NCBI RefSeq assembly: GCF_006345805.1
Contig: NC_043001.1
Location: forward strand, 18,662,001-18,726,000
Origin: Octopus sinensis
Lineage: Eukaryota
Reading direction: 5' to 3'
Length of the DNA stretch: 64,000 bases
The stretch's first letter is position 1, and each line of letters begins with the position of its first letter. A program made the translations under genes and the position numbers. Under the pieces are notes generated by a model, which ran no database searches, was not told the DNA's origin, and worked only from the letters and a program-made list of their open reading frames with translations. Positions 13,171 through 26,515 of the stretch are shown one piece after another.

Positions 13171-13228
<58 letters not shown>

Positions 13229-13268
13229 GTATGCATCTAACTACTATCCTACAATATATGTGTGTGTG

Positions 13269-13369
<101 letters not shown>

Positions 13370-13451
13370 GTCTATCTATCTATATATTCCCGACACACCT
13401 CTCTCTCTCTCTCCGTTATTTGTTTCTCTCCTTCCATTTTCCCTCTCATCC

Positions 13452-13487
13452 CTTTCTGTTGAAGAGCATAAGCACGAAACGTCAAAG
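13452..13487 (+). ncRNA. Degenerate minimal type I hammerhead ribozyme motif
   Basis: cttt CTGTTGA A GAGC ataa GCAC GAAA C GTC aaag: stem I cttt/aaag, GUC site, one core and one stem II mutation. Confidence 0.55.
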
Positions 13488-13611
13488 ACCTTTCCATTCG
13501 TCCCGAGCGTCAAACTAATACACCTGCTGGTTGTTCCTTCACTTGTCTTTGTCTTTTCTTTGTACTATTGAATCATATATATATATGAGAGAGAGAGAGG
13601 GAGAGAGAGAG

Positions 13612-13687
<76 letters not shown>

Positions 13688-14600
13688 AAACTGATTAAAC
13701 GCAAGGCCGAATTGTTCACCGTTGTCAAAGTCGCCACTCTAATCCACTTTTCGCAAATCCATTCGTCAGTGGAATGGAATTTTCAATTCAACTTCAGTCT
13801 TTATTTAAGTTGATACATGGACAATACATGCAGGAAAAAATCTAACAGCAAATTTCAGTCATCTCATCTACCTTAATAGATTAAATAGATACAGAAAATT
13901 TCCGTGGCCTTTCTTTTTCGTTACAATTTTTATGTCTGAAAAGAAAAGACAAGAAAAAAAACCCCCAGGAAGGAAGAATAAAACAGCAGGATGTATTCAT
14001 GATGTAACCTTACGCTATTTGCGCAAAATTTCAGATGCTTCAAACCACCTGACTGATTGCATAAAGCGCTGTCAAAATAACACTTGAAGTGAAAGTCATT
14101 AAGAAGAGATCATGGATAATAATTCATGTTACTCAATAAACTTATTGAAACTGTCTGACTCCACTTTTTCGTACTTTCTCCGTGGTCTGTGTACAATGGA
14201 GTTTGATCCTTGAAAGCTGATAGTTAAGTGACTGATAAATATTTACAGATCATTGACTCCGGAAATGAGATAATTGTATTCTCACGGTTATCCAATGTTT
14301 TGCGTGAAAATTGATTGAATATATTTATCTTTCCATAAAGCAATTAATGAATAAAAGCGTGGTTTTATAATAGGTGGATATATAAATGAGCCGTTAATGA
14401 AAACTGATAGCTCGTTGATATTTCGAACAGAAGCCATCTGACAAAACTATCGTGTGTGTGTGTGTGAGTGTTTATACGTATCTGCATGTACATATACTTC
14501 TATAGAAGTGTTTATATATGTATGTACATGTGCACACACACACACAAATATAAACAAGCTAACATTTATTTACTTTTTATAAGCACCGAAATGTGTGTAT

Positions 14601-14633
<33 letters not shown>

Positions 14634-14839
14634 CATGAATATGTATATGTATATATATATATGTATATATATATATACACATGAATATATATATATATAT
14701 GTATATATGTATATATATATATATATATGTATATACACATGCACACACACACACACACGCACACACACACGCACACATATGTGTGTATATGGTGGTTGTC
14801 TACTCCTTATGCAGAGTTTGACCACCTCCTGTATCCACA

Positions 14840-15110
14840 CTTTAGAACCATCATGGCATCTGATGTGGCTTTTAAAACCAGACAATGTTCTGAAAAGACA
14901 CCCACATAGATAGTACATCCGATTTGGACCACCAAGAGTTGCAGATCAGTTCTGATCTTTGTGGCTCTTAAAATGTCTTTTCAGTCACTACATTTGTTTC
15001 TACGCAATGTAGTTCACCAGACGTGCAGGTACTTGATTTTGCAACCGTTTCCCTGCATCATGAGATCTAGTTGTGTTTCCTCAGGTGATATGTTGATATT
15101 GTCTCCGTAA
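14840..15110 (-). mobile_element. RTE-type LINE 3' remnant
   Basis: [20 protein letters not shown] resembles the C-terminal zinc-finger-like motif of RTE ORFs; upstream sequence has stops and frameshifts. Confidence 0.5.
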
Positions 15111-15251
15111 GCTCAAAGTTTCGTTTTCAAGAGTATCCTCTCTGTCTGCCGTCAACTTACTAAAATAGTGCTTTTGGGATTAATGAGTCATTTTGGCGCT
15201 TATTTCTAGCAATGCTGGTAGCACCTTGTACCCTCTGTCATTTTAGTGACT

Positions 15252-15306
<55 letters not shown>

Positions 15307-15323
15307 ATATATATATATCAAAG

Positions 15324-15645
15324 GAGCACTCCGTTGGTTGCGACGACGAGGGCCCCAGCTGAGACGATCAACGGAACACCTTGCTCGTGAAATTTACGTG
15401 CAAGTGGCTGAGCACCCTACAGACACGTGCACCCTTATCGTAGTTCTCAGGGAGATTCAGCGTGGCACAGAGTGTGACAAGCTAGGCCCTTTGAAATACA
15501 GGTACTATTCATTTTTGCCAGCTGAGTGGACGGGAGCAATGTGAAATAAATTGTCTTGCTCAAGGGCACAACGTGTCACCGGGAATTGAACTCAGGACCT
15601 AACGATCGTGAGCCGGATACCCTAACCAATAAACCACGCACCTTT
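15324..15645 (-). mobile_element. SINE family A2
   Basis: Matches 6843-7143 and 48821-49137. Confidence 0.8.
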
Positions 15646-15704
15646 TCACCCCTCCCTCCACACATATAACTAGATAGTTATAGATATAATATAATCCTTT
15701 TTTC

Positions 15705-16313
15705 TCCTCTTATTCCTTATTTGTTTCAGTCATTTAACTGCGCCTTTAGTCGAATAAATCGACCACAGGAATTATTCCTTGTACTTATATCTTTTACTGA
15801 ACTGTTAAGTTACGAGGACGTAAACACACCAATATCGGCTGTCAATCGATGGTGGGGGACAAACACGGACACACAAGCACACACACACACACATATAAAT
15901 ATATATATATACGACGGGCTTCTTTCAGTTTCCGTGTACCAAATCCACTCACAAGGCTCTGGCCAGCCCGAGGCTATAGTAGAAGACACTTGCCCAAGGT
16001 ACCACGCGGTGGGACTGAACCCTGAACCATGTGGCTCGTAAGCAAGCTACTTACCACACAGCCACTCCTGCGCCTATTAGTCTTTTATTCTTTTACTTGT
16101 TTCAGTCATTTGACTGTGGCCATGCTGGAGCACCGCCTTTTTAGTCGAGAAGATCGACCCCAGGACTTATTCTTTGTAAGCCTAATACTTAATTAATCGG
16201 TGTCTTTTGTCGAACCGCTAAGTTACGGGGACATAAACACACCAGCATCGGTTGTCAAGCGATGTTGGGGGACAAACACAGACACACAAACATACACACA
16301 CACACACAGACAC

Positions 16314-16386
<73 letters not shown>

Positions 16387-16555
16387 CATATACGACGGGT
16401 TTCTTTCAGTTTCCGTCTACCAAATCTACTCACAAGGCTTTGGTCGGCCCGAGGCTATAGTAGAAGACACTTGCCCAAGGTGCCACGCAGTGGGACTGAA
16501 CCCAGAACCATGTGGCTGGTAAGCAAGCTACTAATCATACAGCCACTCCTGCACC
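15705..16555 (-). mobile_element. Two tandem SINE family C copies (15705-16075 and 16081-16555)
   Basis: Two complete head-to-tail matches with different internal (CA)/(TA) lengths. Confidence 0.9.
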
Positions 16556-17147
16556 TGTGTATAAATATTTTATTCAACAAGTAGAAATAGAATATTTCTC
16601 AAGAATCCAAGAATCCCTCGCAGTAATTCTCTACGCCACACACAATTCTAACACCTCAAAGTGAAACTTGCTACCTTGAACAATCGCTAAAAGTGACACG
16701 GCTATATTGTGACAACAAATGATATTTGTTGCGTGTGACAAGATATACATTACCAGTATCAGTGTCTGTGGAATACTCAACTACATGAAACATTAAAACA
16801 TTGAGTAAATTATCTCGTTGATCAAACAGCAGAAACAACTTGTGAACACTGGTTCGAGATCTATCGTCCTTCTGTCAAGGACAGGTTTGAAGATACAGCA
16901 ATGAAAACAATTAGCCTAGTCAGCAATAAATTTTGATGACAGCTATTTGTCATTAAATTATATCAGATTGAAGCTATCTTAGATATTTATATAGCCTGTA
17001 TAATACGTAACAGGAATTTTTATTTAAAAGAAAATATTTTCAAGTTAAAATTCAATATATCAGTAATTAATAACTGTGTCATTCTCCCAAATGGTTTAAC
17101 TGTCAAAACGTAGAAATTTATGTTTCCAATATTTTTGGAGAGAAAAA

Positions 17148-17605
17148 AGGCGGCGAACTGGAAGAATGCTTAGCAGTATTTTCGTCTGCCGCTACGTTCT
17201 GAGTTCAAACTCCGCCGAGGTCGACTTTGCCTTTCATCCTTTCGGGGTCGATTAAATAAGCACCAGTTACGCACTGGGGTCGATATAAACGACTTAATCT
17301 GTTTGTCTGTCCTTGTTTGTCCTCTCTGTGTTTAGCCCCTTGTGGGTAGTAAAGAAATAGGTATTTCGTCTGTCTTTACGTTCTGAGTTCAAATTCTGCC
17401 GAGGTCGACTTTGCCTTTCATCCTTTCGGGGTCGATTAAATAAGTACCAGTTACGCACTGGGGTCGATCTTATCGACTTAATCCGTTTGTCTATCCTTGT
17501 TTGTCCTCTCTGTGCTTAGCCCCTTGTGGGTAGTAAAGAAATAGGTATTTCGTCTGTCTTTACGTTCTGAGTTCAAATTCTGCCAAGGTCCACTTTGTCT
17601 TTCAT
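17148..17605 (+). mobile_element. SINE family D tandem array (head, 2 full units and 1 partial unit)
   Basis: Junctions aaagaaata|ggtatttcgtc at 17359/17360 and 17543/17544. The gcctttcatcctttcggggtcgat segment resembles the Meta/Sauria SINE domain (recalled similarity). Confidence 0.9.
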
Positions 17606-18001
17606 AAGCCTTGGAAATTAGCAGGATGGCTACACCTGAAAGCCTTTGATCTTAGTTCGGCTTTACTATTGCTGAGGTGGGGTTTAAACAACGCATACAA
17701 TTTTTGCCTCAATACCGCCCTAATTTCCTATCATTTTCTTTTCCTTTCTTCTCTTATCTAGTATCTCTATCCAATTTTTCATCAATATTTCTACCAATCT
17801 AGTAGTCTTTAAAGCCTGCAATCGCTTATCTTCAGATAAATATCTTAGGAGAGCTTGTCGCAATGGTGAAGCCCGTCAAAGTGCTTAGCTCACCCCGAAA
17901 TGCAAGTGACCAACACCGTGCTGAGAGGACCAAAATCCTGCAAGACAATAATACGTCTAAAGACGAAGCTAAGTGAAATATTATATTCACAACCATTTCT
18001 T

Positions 18002-18400
18002 ATTACTCTTTACTCTTTTACTTGTTTCAGTCATTTGACTACGGCCGTGCTGGAGCACCGCCTTTAGTCGAGCAAATCGACCCCAGGACTTATTCGTTGT
18101 AAGCTTAGTACTTATTCTATCGGTCTCTTTTGCCGAACCGCGTAAACACACCAGCATCGGTTGTCAAGCGATGTTGGGGGACAAACACAGACACACAAAC
18201 ACACACACACACACACTCATATATGTATACATATATTCGACGGGCTTCTTTCAGCTTCAGTCTACCAAATCCACTTATAAGGTTTTGGTCGGCCCGAGGC
18301 TATAGTAGAAGACACTTGCCCAAGGTGCCACGCAGTGGAATTGAACCCGGAACCATGTGGTTGTTAAGCAAGCTACTTACCACATAGTCACTCTTGCGCC
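18002..18400 (-). mobile_element. SINE family C
   Basis: Consensus match; partial heads also at 18755-18862, 19331-19490 and 23411-23560 on the plus strand. Confidence 0.85.
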
Positions 18401-19200
18401 TATTGTCAAGTATGCATAACACAGTTCATATTTCAACACCAGCATCTGATTGTTACATGACTTGTAGTGCTGCAAGCAGTTAATACAGCGTCTCATTTTA
18501 GTCTCTCGATGTGCTGCTTACAGCTTCCTTTGCGTACCAACAACAGTAGTTGTTAGAAGGTTCAGTTAAGTCAATCAATTTCTAAAGTGCTACAAAGAGG
18601 GCAGAAGCATAGTTGTCGGGGAGGGGGCGGTCTGCCTATGACGTCGGTTTTATAGGGGTGACACTTACGAGTCTGCTGTATAAACAAAGAGAAACTGAAT
18701 TATAATTATAAGAAAAAAAATCACTCTGCTGGAGAAAACTGTATTCGTATACGTTCAGTCCCACTGCGTGGCACCTTGGGTAACTGTCTTCTACTATAGC
18801 CTCGGGCCAACCAAAGCCTTGTGAGTGGATTTGCTAGACGGAAACGGAAGGAAGCCCATCGTATGTATATATATATATATATAGTTGAGTATAGAAATTC
18901 GGGGTGAGTACTTGATAATTATAAGCACCTGTGTATACCGTTTGGTGGTGTAGGTGGTGGAGTAAATTGATCAAAATAAAAACATGATGCGAAGGATTCA
19001 GCGGTACATATGTTTCGGGCCTTTATTAGACAGATTTATAACAATGCATAATGTATGTCTGTGGCCTTCTTCAGCCGCGCACAACAGCTTCCGCAAGGAC
19101 ATGTGTTACATCAAAAATTCTTGGTTGGGGATGCAAATCCTCTCATTCGCGTACGACATAATGCGGCAGCAGCATAGAATTGAAGCGTCCATCTCTTTCT

Positions 19201-19245
<45 letters not shown>

Positions 19246-19265
19246 ATATATATAATATATATATA

Positions 19266-19313
<48 letters not shown>

Positions 19314-20095
19314 ATGTGTGTGTGTGTGTGCTCAAGTGGCTGTGTGATAGGTAGCTTGCTCACCAATCACATGGTTCCAGGTTCAGTCCCACTGCGTGGC
19401 ACCTCAGGCAAGTGTCTTCTACTATAGCCTCGGGCCGACCAAAGCCTTGTGAGTGGATTTGGTAGACGGAATCTTAAGGAAGCTCGTCGTATATATAAAT
19501 ATTTTTGCGAATTTCGGATTTAAATTTTACTCTCCCCACCACCTTCTACAAATAGGAATAAATATTCCTATTTGTCATACAAATCTCTCTTCTAAAGGAT
19601 CTCGAACTCTCGATCTCAATTCATCAGAGTATCTGACCTTTAATATAATCGCGAAAAAATACTCTGCATCCCACAGTCCTGCTCCTTCTAGAATCCTTTG
19701 ATTCTTCAAACAAACTAAGTGGTCGGAAGTGAAACAGCTCCATCATCGATATTTAATGAAAGAATCTAAAAGAACTGAATGATGCGATGGTATTTCAATA
19801 TTGATTCTGCACATGCATAAAAAGTCATTTCTTTGGAATAAGTTTGATAAATAGACGAAATCTTTATTCGTCACGTGTGTTTATTCGTGTAATGTCACGA
19901 TATTGCATTCGCACATTTCATTTCGATTTTAATTAAATTAAAATACCTGCAGGCAATTGATTTGTAGAAAAATGAACATGGGGTTGACTTTTTGCTATTT
20001 ATTATTATATAACCACATCTGCTAAGATGATACTATATCAGCATTTACTGACAGTAAATTTCGATATGTTTTAAGGTTGAAGAAAATATCGTACA

Positions 20096-20488
20096 TCTAT
20101 ATATATAAAACTGTAGTTGTGTGAATGTCTGTCCCCTTCGATTTAGATTCCTAACTACTCCCACATTTTGCGGTGCAGTTTAACCAAAACCGGGTATTTT
20201 ATAGACGTGATTCATATCGAGCCCTTCTGGGTATTAGCGCGCGTCTACGATGAGTCTACGATTTTAAAAATAATTTACCATCATTTTTTTCCATTTTCAT
20301 GCATATTTTTTTAAAGGGAAGTAACTCTCTAAAAATGTCTACGATGAGTCAACGATTTAAAAAAAATTTACCATCATATTTTTTCCATTTTTAATGCATT
20401 TTTTTGTTATTTTTTGGCTATAACTCTCTAAAAATGCTGTATAGTTATTTCCCTTACAAACCCGAGCAACGCCGGGCGATACTGCTAG
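20096..20488 (+). mobile_element. Non-autonomous Helitron-like element
   Basis: a|TCtatatatataaaa ... hairpin cccgagcaacgccggg ... actgCTAG|t: 5' TC, 3' CTAG, subterminal hairpin, insertion between A and T, no TSD. Confidence 0.85.
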
Positions 20489-20884
20489 TTATCAGTAAAA
20501 CTACGTGTGTTTCTTTACATATGTTTGATAATAGTCCATATCTAACAATATAAAAACAACTAAAAAAAAAACAAGTAAACAAACAAACAAAAGCAAAGCG
20601 AAAGCAAAAGACTATAGCTTCTTTCAAGCTGTCTAAACTCAGAAGCTAAAGAGACAACAACATCCATAACAATGGTCAGATTGCCTATAAAGATAGACAG
20701 AAGCACGTTCCAGAAAATAGCAATAAGAAGGTCTGTAAATATTGTTAGTGTATTCTCACGTAGCATTTATTTACTTCTAAAGATTCTTGCTAACCCTGAA
20801 TATCTTTGTAACCTTTCAAAGCTTTTGTGCAATGTTTTCCAATATCTAATTCTTGTTTTAAGGAAGGGGAATGTTGATGTATTT

Positions 20885-20952
<68 letters not shown>

Positions 20953-21165
20953 TTCAGACAAATACATAACAAAAACACCAAGACTTACAAACACATGTAA
21001 CATACATAAAATTGCACTACTAGGCATTGCACACATCCTACGCAGAACACTTTCAATACAGTAACCATCAGAGCATCACAACAAATCAGAGCACATACCC
21101 AAGGCACACAGAGCTGCGCTCGGTAGTGAAGTGAAAGCACGTTATAAAAATAAAACTACTGAATG
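20953..21165 (+). mobile_element. R4/Dong-clade LINE extreme 3' remnant inside (TAA)n
   Basis: Translation DKYITKTPRLTNTCNIHKIALLGIAHILRRTLSIQ* (stop 21062-21064); (TAA)n on both sides. Confidence 0.7.
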
Positions 21166-21560
21166 ATGATAATAATAATAATAATAAGCCGGACATAGTT
21201 GTAATTGAGAAAGAAAACAAACTATGCTGGATCATAGATATAGTTGACAAGGTATGCGATAAGGAAGAAAGGAAAGTCGAGAGATATGACAGGTTAGCTT
21301 GGGAAGTTAAGCAATTATGATCGATGAAAAAGGTAGCAGTAGTACCAATAATTGTCGGAGCCCTGGGAACAGTGAGCAAAAATCTCGAGAAGTACGTGGA
21401 ACAAATAGGGGTAGCAATAAGGATGGAGCACTTGCAGAAAACAGCACTGCTTGGAGCCGCTCGAATACTCTGGAAGGTGCTCGAAAAATAAGATGTGTTA
21501 CCTTAGTTCACTGGTAGTGAACAGCTGACACTGTAGTACATCTCCAGCGTTAGAAGCTGT
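21166..21560 (+). mobile_element. Second R4/Dong-clade LINE remnant (restriction-like endonuclease domain)
   Basis: One frame: KPDIVVIEKENKLCWIIDI...KVERYDRLAWEVKQL*SMKKVAVVPIIVGALG...LQKTALLGAARILWKVLEK*, with the PD..D..K RLE motif; begins in (TAA)n. Confidence 0.8.
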
Positions 21561-21561
21561 C

Positions 21562-22050
21562 ATCATCATCATCATTGTTCGATCGTGGTCGAGACAATGG
21601 AATTTACTATGCTACGCCAGACTTCACGGTCCATCATAGCATTACGGAGGTCCTGTTGCTGGATGCCTGTATCCCTGGAGATTACATCAGGGTAGGAGAG
21701 TGTGCGCCCTCTGGTATCGCGAGTAGATGGCTTCCAGCGGAGAAGAGTAGAAATTGCCTCGTTTTCAGTTCTACAACAATGTCCAGCAAACTGGACTCTT
21801 CTACCTTTCACAAGAGATGATACAGGTGGTAATTTCCCATATATTTGTATTTTGGTTGGATGACGCTTCCTCGAGAGATTTTGAGCTCTCATAAGGAGGC
21901 GAGTGTAAGTTCCATCCAACCGCCTCTCAAGCTTCTTTGATAACGTCCAGGTTTCTGAGCCATATAGTAGAATTGGTTCGACTGTGGCTTTGAAGGTTCT
22001 AAGTTTGAAGTCTCTACTTAGATTTGATGACCAGATCTTATGCATATCAT
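21562..22050 (-). mobile_element. RTE-clade LINE 3' remnant with (TGA)n tail
   Basis: 157-aa ORF with PILLYGSETWTL, FAGHC and DREVWRS, ending at a tgatgatga tail. Confidence 0.85.
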
Positions 22051-22432
22051 AAGTAGAAGCTGTGCAAAGGCAATGACATTAATAATAATGGGGGATACAG
22101 ATACCCAAAAGTGCTGCAAGACGATATGATAATGGAAGGATAAATGAGAACGTCTCTAAAGAATAAAAGATGAGAATTAGGATGCTTCACGAAATAAAAT
22201 TAAATAGAGCAAATATCATCAAAAGAAATACATGAGCTATACCAGAACTTGGTTGATACTTTATTTCATCAACCCCAAAAGGTTGAGGAGCACAGTCGAC
22301 CCTTGCGAAATTCTAACTCAAAAACGTAAAGAACCGGAAGAAATGCTGCTATGCATCTTGTCCGATGCGCTAACAATACTACCAGTTGGCTACTTTGATA
22401 ACAAAAGATGATGATGATGATGATGATGATGT

Positions 22433-22850
22433 AGGCGCAAAGCAGAGTGGCTGTATAGTAAGTAGCTTGCTTACCAACCACATGGTTCCGGGTTCAGTCC
22501 CACTGCGTGGCACCTTGGGCAAGTGTCTTCTACTATAGCATCGGGCCGACCAAAGCCTTGTGAGTGGATTTGGTAGACAGAAACTGAAAGAAGCCCGTCG
22601 TATATATGTATATGTATATATATGTATGTATGTGTTTGTGTGTCTGTGTTTGTCCCCCCAACATCTCTTGACAACCGAGGCTGGTGTGTTTACGTCCTCG
22701 TAACTTAACGGTTCGGCAAAAGAGACCGATAAATTAAGTACTAGGCTTACAAAGAATAAGTCCCGGGGTCGATTTGATTCGACTAAAGGCGGTGCTCCAG
22801 CATGGCCGCAGTCAAATTGACTGAAACAAGTAAAAGAGTAAAGAGTAAAG
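22433..22850 (+). mobile_element. SINE family C
   Basis: Consensus match. Confidence 0.85.
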
Positions 22851-24063
22851 CCACCAAAAGCAAATATAAAGTTGAAGAATTCGATAAAAAAAAAACAAAA
22901 CAAGAACTGAACAAAAGTTTAAAAACCCATTCATATATGAAGTAATGTTTAATGAGGCGTTCGTTTATCCATTTACATAAGATATAATTCAAACAATGCC
23001 ATCTCGCCATATTTAGCTTAGGAAAAGCTGATATTTATATCAGCCAACATTAAGAACCACACGATATTGCGGATGTTGATGCTGTTAATTATTACTATAT
23101 CCATAATAATTGACGTAATCTTTGGTGTTGTAGAAAGTATAATACCATATGCGTGTAATGTCTTAGAACAATAGCAGTTCATTGTTTCGTGTTTAATTAG
23201 ATTGAGTAAGTCACGACTGTAATCTTGATATCGTGATAAATATCGGGAGTATACGACATTTCCTGCTGGCTACTTGATCTAATGGTAAACACACAAGAAT
23301 TTCTCTGATTAAACTTATCCATGTCTCATTTACTTCTGAAATGATGCTTCTCAAATCAACAAGATTCTACCGAAATATCCATCAAATACCCTGAAGGATA
23401 TTATATGATAGGAGTGGCTGTGTGGTAAGTAGCTTGCTTACCAACCACATGGTTCCAGGTTCAGTCCCATTGCGTGGCACCTTGGGAAAGTGTCTTCTAC
23501 TATAGCCTCGGGCCGACCAAAGCCTTGTGAGTGGATTTGATAGACGGAAACTGAAAGAAGCAGGAAATGCTGTATATTTTATTATTTTCTGAAAGTAATT
23601 CTCAACCTTGCCTCTCCATCCTTTCATCCTTCCAGGGTTGAGAAAAAGTAAATATTAGATAAATATTTCGGTCAATATAACATATTTCTTCTACCCTTTA
23701 AAACAATTCCGTGTATCATAGTTAGCAATTATAATTTATAAGTTGCTGTTTAGTTCCACGTTCTGATGAAGCAATCCTATTATCAAATGTGTCACAGCCA
23801 TAACCATATAGAAGACAAAACCTTATTAGACACTGCGTACCTAGGACTACATTAGCTAATGTACTTGTTTCAGAAAAAAAAACTGTTGGATGTGATTTGA
23901 GGAAGATTTGTGAGATACTTATTGCTTAAAGGTTTCCTGGATTATTCGAGAAAGAAAGTCATTATTCAATATAATAGAGTGTGATTGAGAAGAATGGCAA
24001 GGGTTCTACCATGTTGCTGTTCATTCACTTTCAACACAATCTGAGATTAACTCTCTTGATAAT

Positions 24064-24288
24064 AAGCTGGCAGAAACGTTAGCACGCCGGGCGAAATGCT
24101 TAGCAGTATATCGTCTGCCGTTATGTTCTGCGTTCAAATTCCGCCGAGGTCGACTTTGCCTTTCATCCTTTCGGGGTCGATAAATTAAGTACCAGTTTCG
24201 CACTGGGGTCGATGTAACCGACTTAATCCCTTTGTCTGTCCTTGTTTGTCCCCTCTATGTTTAGCCCCTTGTGGGCAATAAAGAAATA
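24064..24288 (+). mobile_element. SINE family D monomer with TSD tcttgataataa
   Basis: Single unit ending aaagaaata; tcttgataataa on both flanks. Confidence 0.85.
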
Positions 24289-24439
24289 TATAACTATCTT
24301 GATAATAACAACTCTGAAGTATTATATGCAAGTATCATTCTCTCTCTGTCTCTCTCACTCACTCACTCACACTCACATAGAGAGTTCTCTATTAATTACA
24401 CTTCAGCAACAGAATATTTTGTATACCATTGTAAATAGA

Positions 24440-24599
24440 CGCAGGAGTGGCTGTGTGGCAAGTAGCTTGCTAACCAACCACATGGTTGCGGGTTCAGTCC
24501 CACTGCGTGGCATCTTGGGCAAGTGTCTTCTGCTATAGCCCCGGGCCGACCAATGCCTTGTGAGTGGATTTGGTAGACGGAAACTGAAAGAATCCCGTC

Positions 24600-24670
<71 letters not shown>

Positions 24671-24878
24671 TGTGTGTGTGTTTGTCCTCCTAGCATTGCT
24701 TGACAACCGATGGTGGTGTGTTTACGTCCCCGTAACTTAGCGGTTCGGCAAAAAAAGACATAGAATAAGTACTGGGCTTACAAAGAATAAGTCCCGGGGT
24801 CGATTTGATCGACTAAAGGCGGTGCTCCAGCATGGCTGCAGTCAAATGACTGAAACAAGTAAAAGAGTAAAAGAGTAA
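24440..24878 (+). mobile_element. SINE family C
   Basis: Consensus match. Confidence 0.9.
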
Positions 24879-25528
24879 GAGAGTCCTTTTTGTGACACCA
24901 ACCTTAATATGTCTGACAATTTCCTTCATTTTTTTTCCTTTTGCATTAACATGATTACAATTATTGATATGTTTCTCCGTCTTTGTATTTTTACGTATAT
25001 TTTCAAGAATACCTTTTTTTTTTATTAAATATCTACACTCGCCAGATGAGAATATTTAGAAAACACAACATAAACAATGTTTTCATTAAAGGATTTATAG
25101 ACACACGATACGCGTATCATTTATAAACATCTACAAGCTTTTCTCATTTGCAATAATTCATAACTTTGTGTGGGAAGAAGGAAATTCAGATGGATATCTT
25201 TCAGAGTATTAGAAAATGTATTTCTATACCGGCCATGTTATTTAGAACTGCCAGACAATGATGTATATTCCGAATATCAAAGTCAAGCCACCAGCCATTC
25301 ATAGTGTAGAATATGTTGACATAATATATGTAAGCATCTTGAATGTTTCAATAGGAAATTCCTACTCATAAAAGGATATATTATCTATCACCATTGATGA
25401 AAAACACCTTTGCCTTAATGTCAATAGTAAACATCCAACTGATATATAAACAGAATGACTATGAGCTAGTAATGTCTCCAGATTGTTTGTGTTCTTTCAA
25501 TGAATCAATTCATATATGTATACATACA

Positions 25529-25560
<32 letters not shown>

Positions 25561-25954
25561 CATGTGCGAGTGTGACAAAATGTATATTATATATATATAT
25601 AGTGTACATTTTGTCACACAACGGTTTTATCGTCGTAAAACCCGAATTTTTTTACACTCGAAGAATTTCGGTATTAGTTTGGAATCCGACAATGTTGATA
25701 GCCCAGGTTTCGAGTTGAGCGCTTCTCTGGAAATATCCTGTCTTAATACCCCACCGGACCTAAGATACACACACACACACACACACACACATTTATACAT
25801 ACATACGTATATATATATATATATATATATAAATTTCTCTTTACATAATATCGAGGTCTCTTTCATTCTTTTGTTGTCTTACCATTTTTATCAATATATA
25901 TATATATATATATATATATGTTAGTATTTATGCATATACGTGTGTATATAATGA

Positions 25955-26290
25955 TGATGATGATGATGATCGTGTCTGAAGGTGGTGGAGAAGACTGGCA
26001 AGCCCTTAAGTGGCTACGTAAACCGATCCTTGAACAAAAGGCTCTGGTGCACTAGGGGTAAATACGTAGGCATTGGTTCAACGGAAGTTGTGACATTGAC
26101 TTTTTCCCTTCTTTGGTGCTTCCCATTCACTGCCGTTGCTCTGACTTTCTTAAAATTGCTTGCAGCGGCGAGGGTGCCATCTCGCCACACCTTACTTTGT
26201 ACGGTGATTCCCTTCCACCCTGTGAAGGTCTGTCCCTGCCTGGGTGAGTTGGTGCTTCAGCTGGTATTTGGAGAAGGAACGAGCGAGAAG
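25955..26290 (-). mobile_element. RTE-type LINE 3' remnant with (ATC)n tail
   Basis: Minus strand gives [13 protein letters not shown] and, after a frameshift, CTRAFCSRIGLRSHLRAC followed by atcatcatc. Confidence 0.75.
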
Positions 26291-26417
26291 AAAAGAAAGT
26301 ATGAAAGAGAGAAAGAGCGAGCGCTAGAAAGATAGATAGATAGATAGATTGATAGATAGGTAGATAGATAGATAGATAGATAGATAGGTAGATAGATAGA
26401 TAGATAGATAGAGAGAG

Positions 26418-26448
<31 letters not shown>

Positions 26449-26449
26449 G

Positions 26450-26515
<66 letters not shown>

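Noticed and set aside
12868-13228. Hydrophobic ORFs resembling a membrane receptor fragment
   Set aside because: No recognisable motif and no consistent splice pair; AT-rich DNA readily yields F/I/L/Y-rich peptides.
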